The notes under the pieces: generated by a model
What the model was told of the DNA's origin: nothing
What the model saw: only the letters and a program-made list of their open reading frames with translations
Database searches by the model: none
Program-made: the position numbers and the translations under genes
Source of the DNA: Octopus sinensis
Lineage: Eukaryota
Length of the DNA: 64,000 bases
Direction of reading: 5' to 3'
Assembly (NCBI RefSeq): GCF_006345805.1
Contig: NC_043014.1
Location: 45,694,001 to 45,758,000 of the forward strand
Shown: piece by piece, positions 62,397 to 64,000 of the stretch
Layout: each line of letters starts with the position of its first letter
Numbering within the stretch: the first letter of the stretch is position 1

Positions 62397-63654
62397 AAAG
62401 GTGGCAATGCCACTTAAGAAACACCCGTGTCAGTGCTGCATATATGGACCCATGACGGGTGGCATGCAAAAAGCACCCGGCACACTCTAAGTAGTTGGGA
62501 TCAGGAAGAGCATCCAGCTGTAGAAACCATGCCACAACAAACAGTTGGGGGTCTGGACAGCTCCATGCCATGCAATCCAACCCATGCCAGCATGGAAAGA
62601 GGATGCTGAACAACGATGATGATGATGATGATGAAGTCTGTGTTTGTTTTAGCTTTTCTTTTGTTTGGTTTACTTGATTACAAAACTGAACAGATATAAG
62701 TGTGGCAAAAAAAAAAAAAAAAAAAATGTATGGACCTGAAGTAAAACAACAACAACAATAGCAACCGCTAATCTGGTGATCCCTTAAGTATCCCCTTTTC
62801 CTGAAAACGGTGATGGCAAAGTATTAGAGGAAAGAAGTGGGAGTCTACGATATTGAGGGGAAAAGGAGGGTGTTAGTCTCCATGTTAATAACTGACTCCA
62901 TCTTTATCCCTGATTATTTATTAACTCTGGTAATCTCCGGAACCAGGCATGGACTCCCCGTTAAAATAACCGTCCCCTACCACCTACTCTAATTCCAGCA
63001 GCAATGAGTGCAGTACATCAAGAAAAATAACAAAAATGGCATTAAAAAATACATGCAAAAAACAAAGAAAACACACAAAATAGCATACTATGAACGCAAA
63101 AAAAAATTTTCTTAAAAAAAGAATAATAGAAAAAAAAATAAAATAAAAACACTACAGCATCTTAAATCTAACATAAAAACCTGTCCAGAGAGAGAGAGGG
63201 GGAAAAATTTTCTCCTCCCCCTCTTTCGCCTCTTCTGATACTGTAATAACTACTCTGACCACCACCACCACAACTCCTTCCTATTTGCTTCCAATTATGG
63301 GTAAAAAACATCCACACATGTTATACATTAGTATATAAAGTTGGGTGCCTTCTGGCTCTCTCCCCTGATCCCTTGCTACTCATATTTGCACAGGGGTTTC
63401 TAATGAGGGGAACCCCTTGTTTTATCCATCAGCCAGTGGACAGGGGACAAGGAGGAGGAGGAGGAAGGGTCGCTTGGGTAAGTGGATGGTAAGGGCCGAG
63501 GATGTCTTGAACAGATTTAGGATTTTCAAATAAGTGGTTGTACTTGTTGCCATTGTTGTTTAGCCCCAGGCCAAACCATGACCGAGAAAACCTTATTATC
63601 AAAGATATTCCAGTCATGACCATCCTGTCTGTTTAGGGATGTCTAGCAACATAT

Positions 63655-64000
63655 TCACTCTTTTACTCTTTTACTTGTTTCAGTCATTTGACTGCGGCCA
63701 TGCTGGAGCACCACCTTTAGTCGATCAAATCGACCCCAGGACTTATTCTTTGTAAGCCCAGTATTTATTCTATCGGTCTCTTTTGCTGAACAGCTAAGTG
63801 ATGGGGGCGTAAACACACCAGCATCGGTTGTCAAGCAATGCTAGGGGGACAAACACAGACACACAAACACATACACACACACATATATATATATACATAT
63901 ATACGACAGGCTTCTTTCAGTTTCCGTCTACCAAATCCACTCACAAGGCATTGGTCGGCCCGGGGCTATAGCAGAAGACACTTGTCCAAGATGCCACGCA
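63655..64000 (-). mobile_element. CORE-like SINE running off the window end
   Basis: Near identical to 30415-30828. Confidence 0.88.

Noticed and set aside
29740-64000. Dscam-like arrays of alternative Ig exons
   Set aside because: No additional Ig-like exon was found by eye or in the ORF track; short diverged exons could have been missed.

Overview
AT-rich, microsatellite- and SINE-dense eukaryotic DNA. The repeat landscape looks like a coleoid cephalopod, most likely Octopus; this is an inference from repeat style, not from a search. The only well-supported protein gene is on the minus strand: an immunoglobulin-superfamily cell-adhesion gene of the nephrin/echinoid-like type. I assembled 12 GT-AG exons by hand between 29739 and 124 (2331 nt, 777 codons, continuous frame), encoding 7 Ig domains plus one FN3 domain; three of these exons are absent from the ORF track. 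Every intron is phase 1. The gene continues off the left edge, where the TM/cytoplasmic part is expected but not visible, and its signal-peptide exon is not securely located. The rest of the window is intronic or upstream: three tRNA-headed SINE families, an RTE-tail SINE-like family, RTE and CR1-like LINE fragments, MITEs with visible target-site duplications (Merlin-like, hAT-like, Tc1/pogo-like, piggyBac-like), Helitron-like elements, minisatellites and long microsatellites. The most unusual observations are: a tRNA-headed element carrying a hammerhead-like core and an inverted 5' end (37409-37690); a TA-embedded inverted repeat with Penelope-like features (58524-58774); an 8-copy piggyBac-type MITE array with a constant 23-bp spacer ending beside a splice donor; several long hairpins next to exons; and an exon junction that creates a stop codon if Ig5 is skipped. 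Almost all other ORF-track entries are repeat-derived noise.
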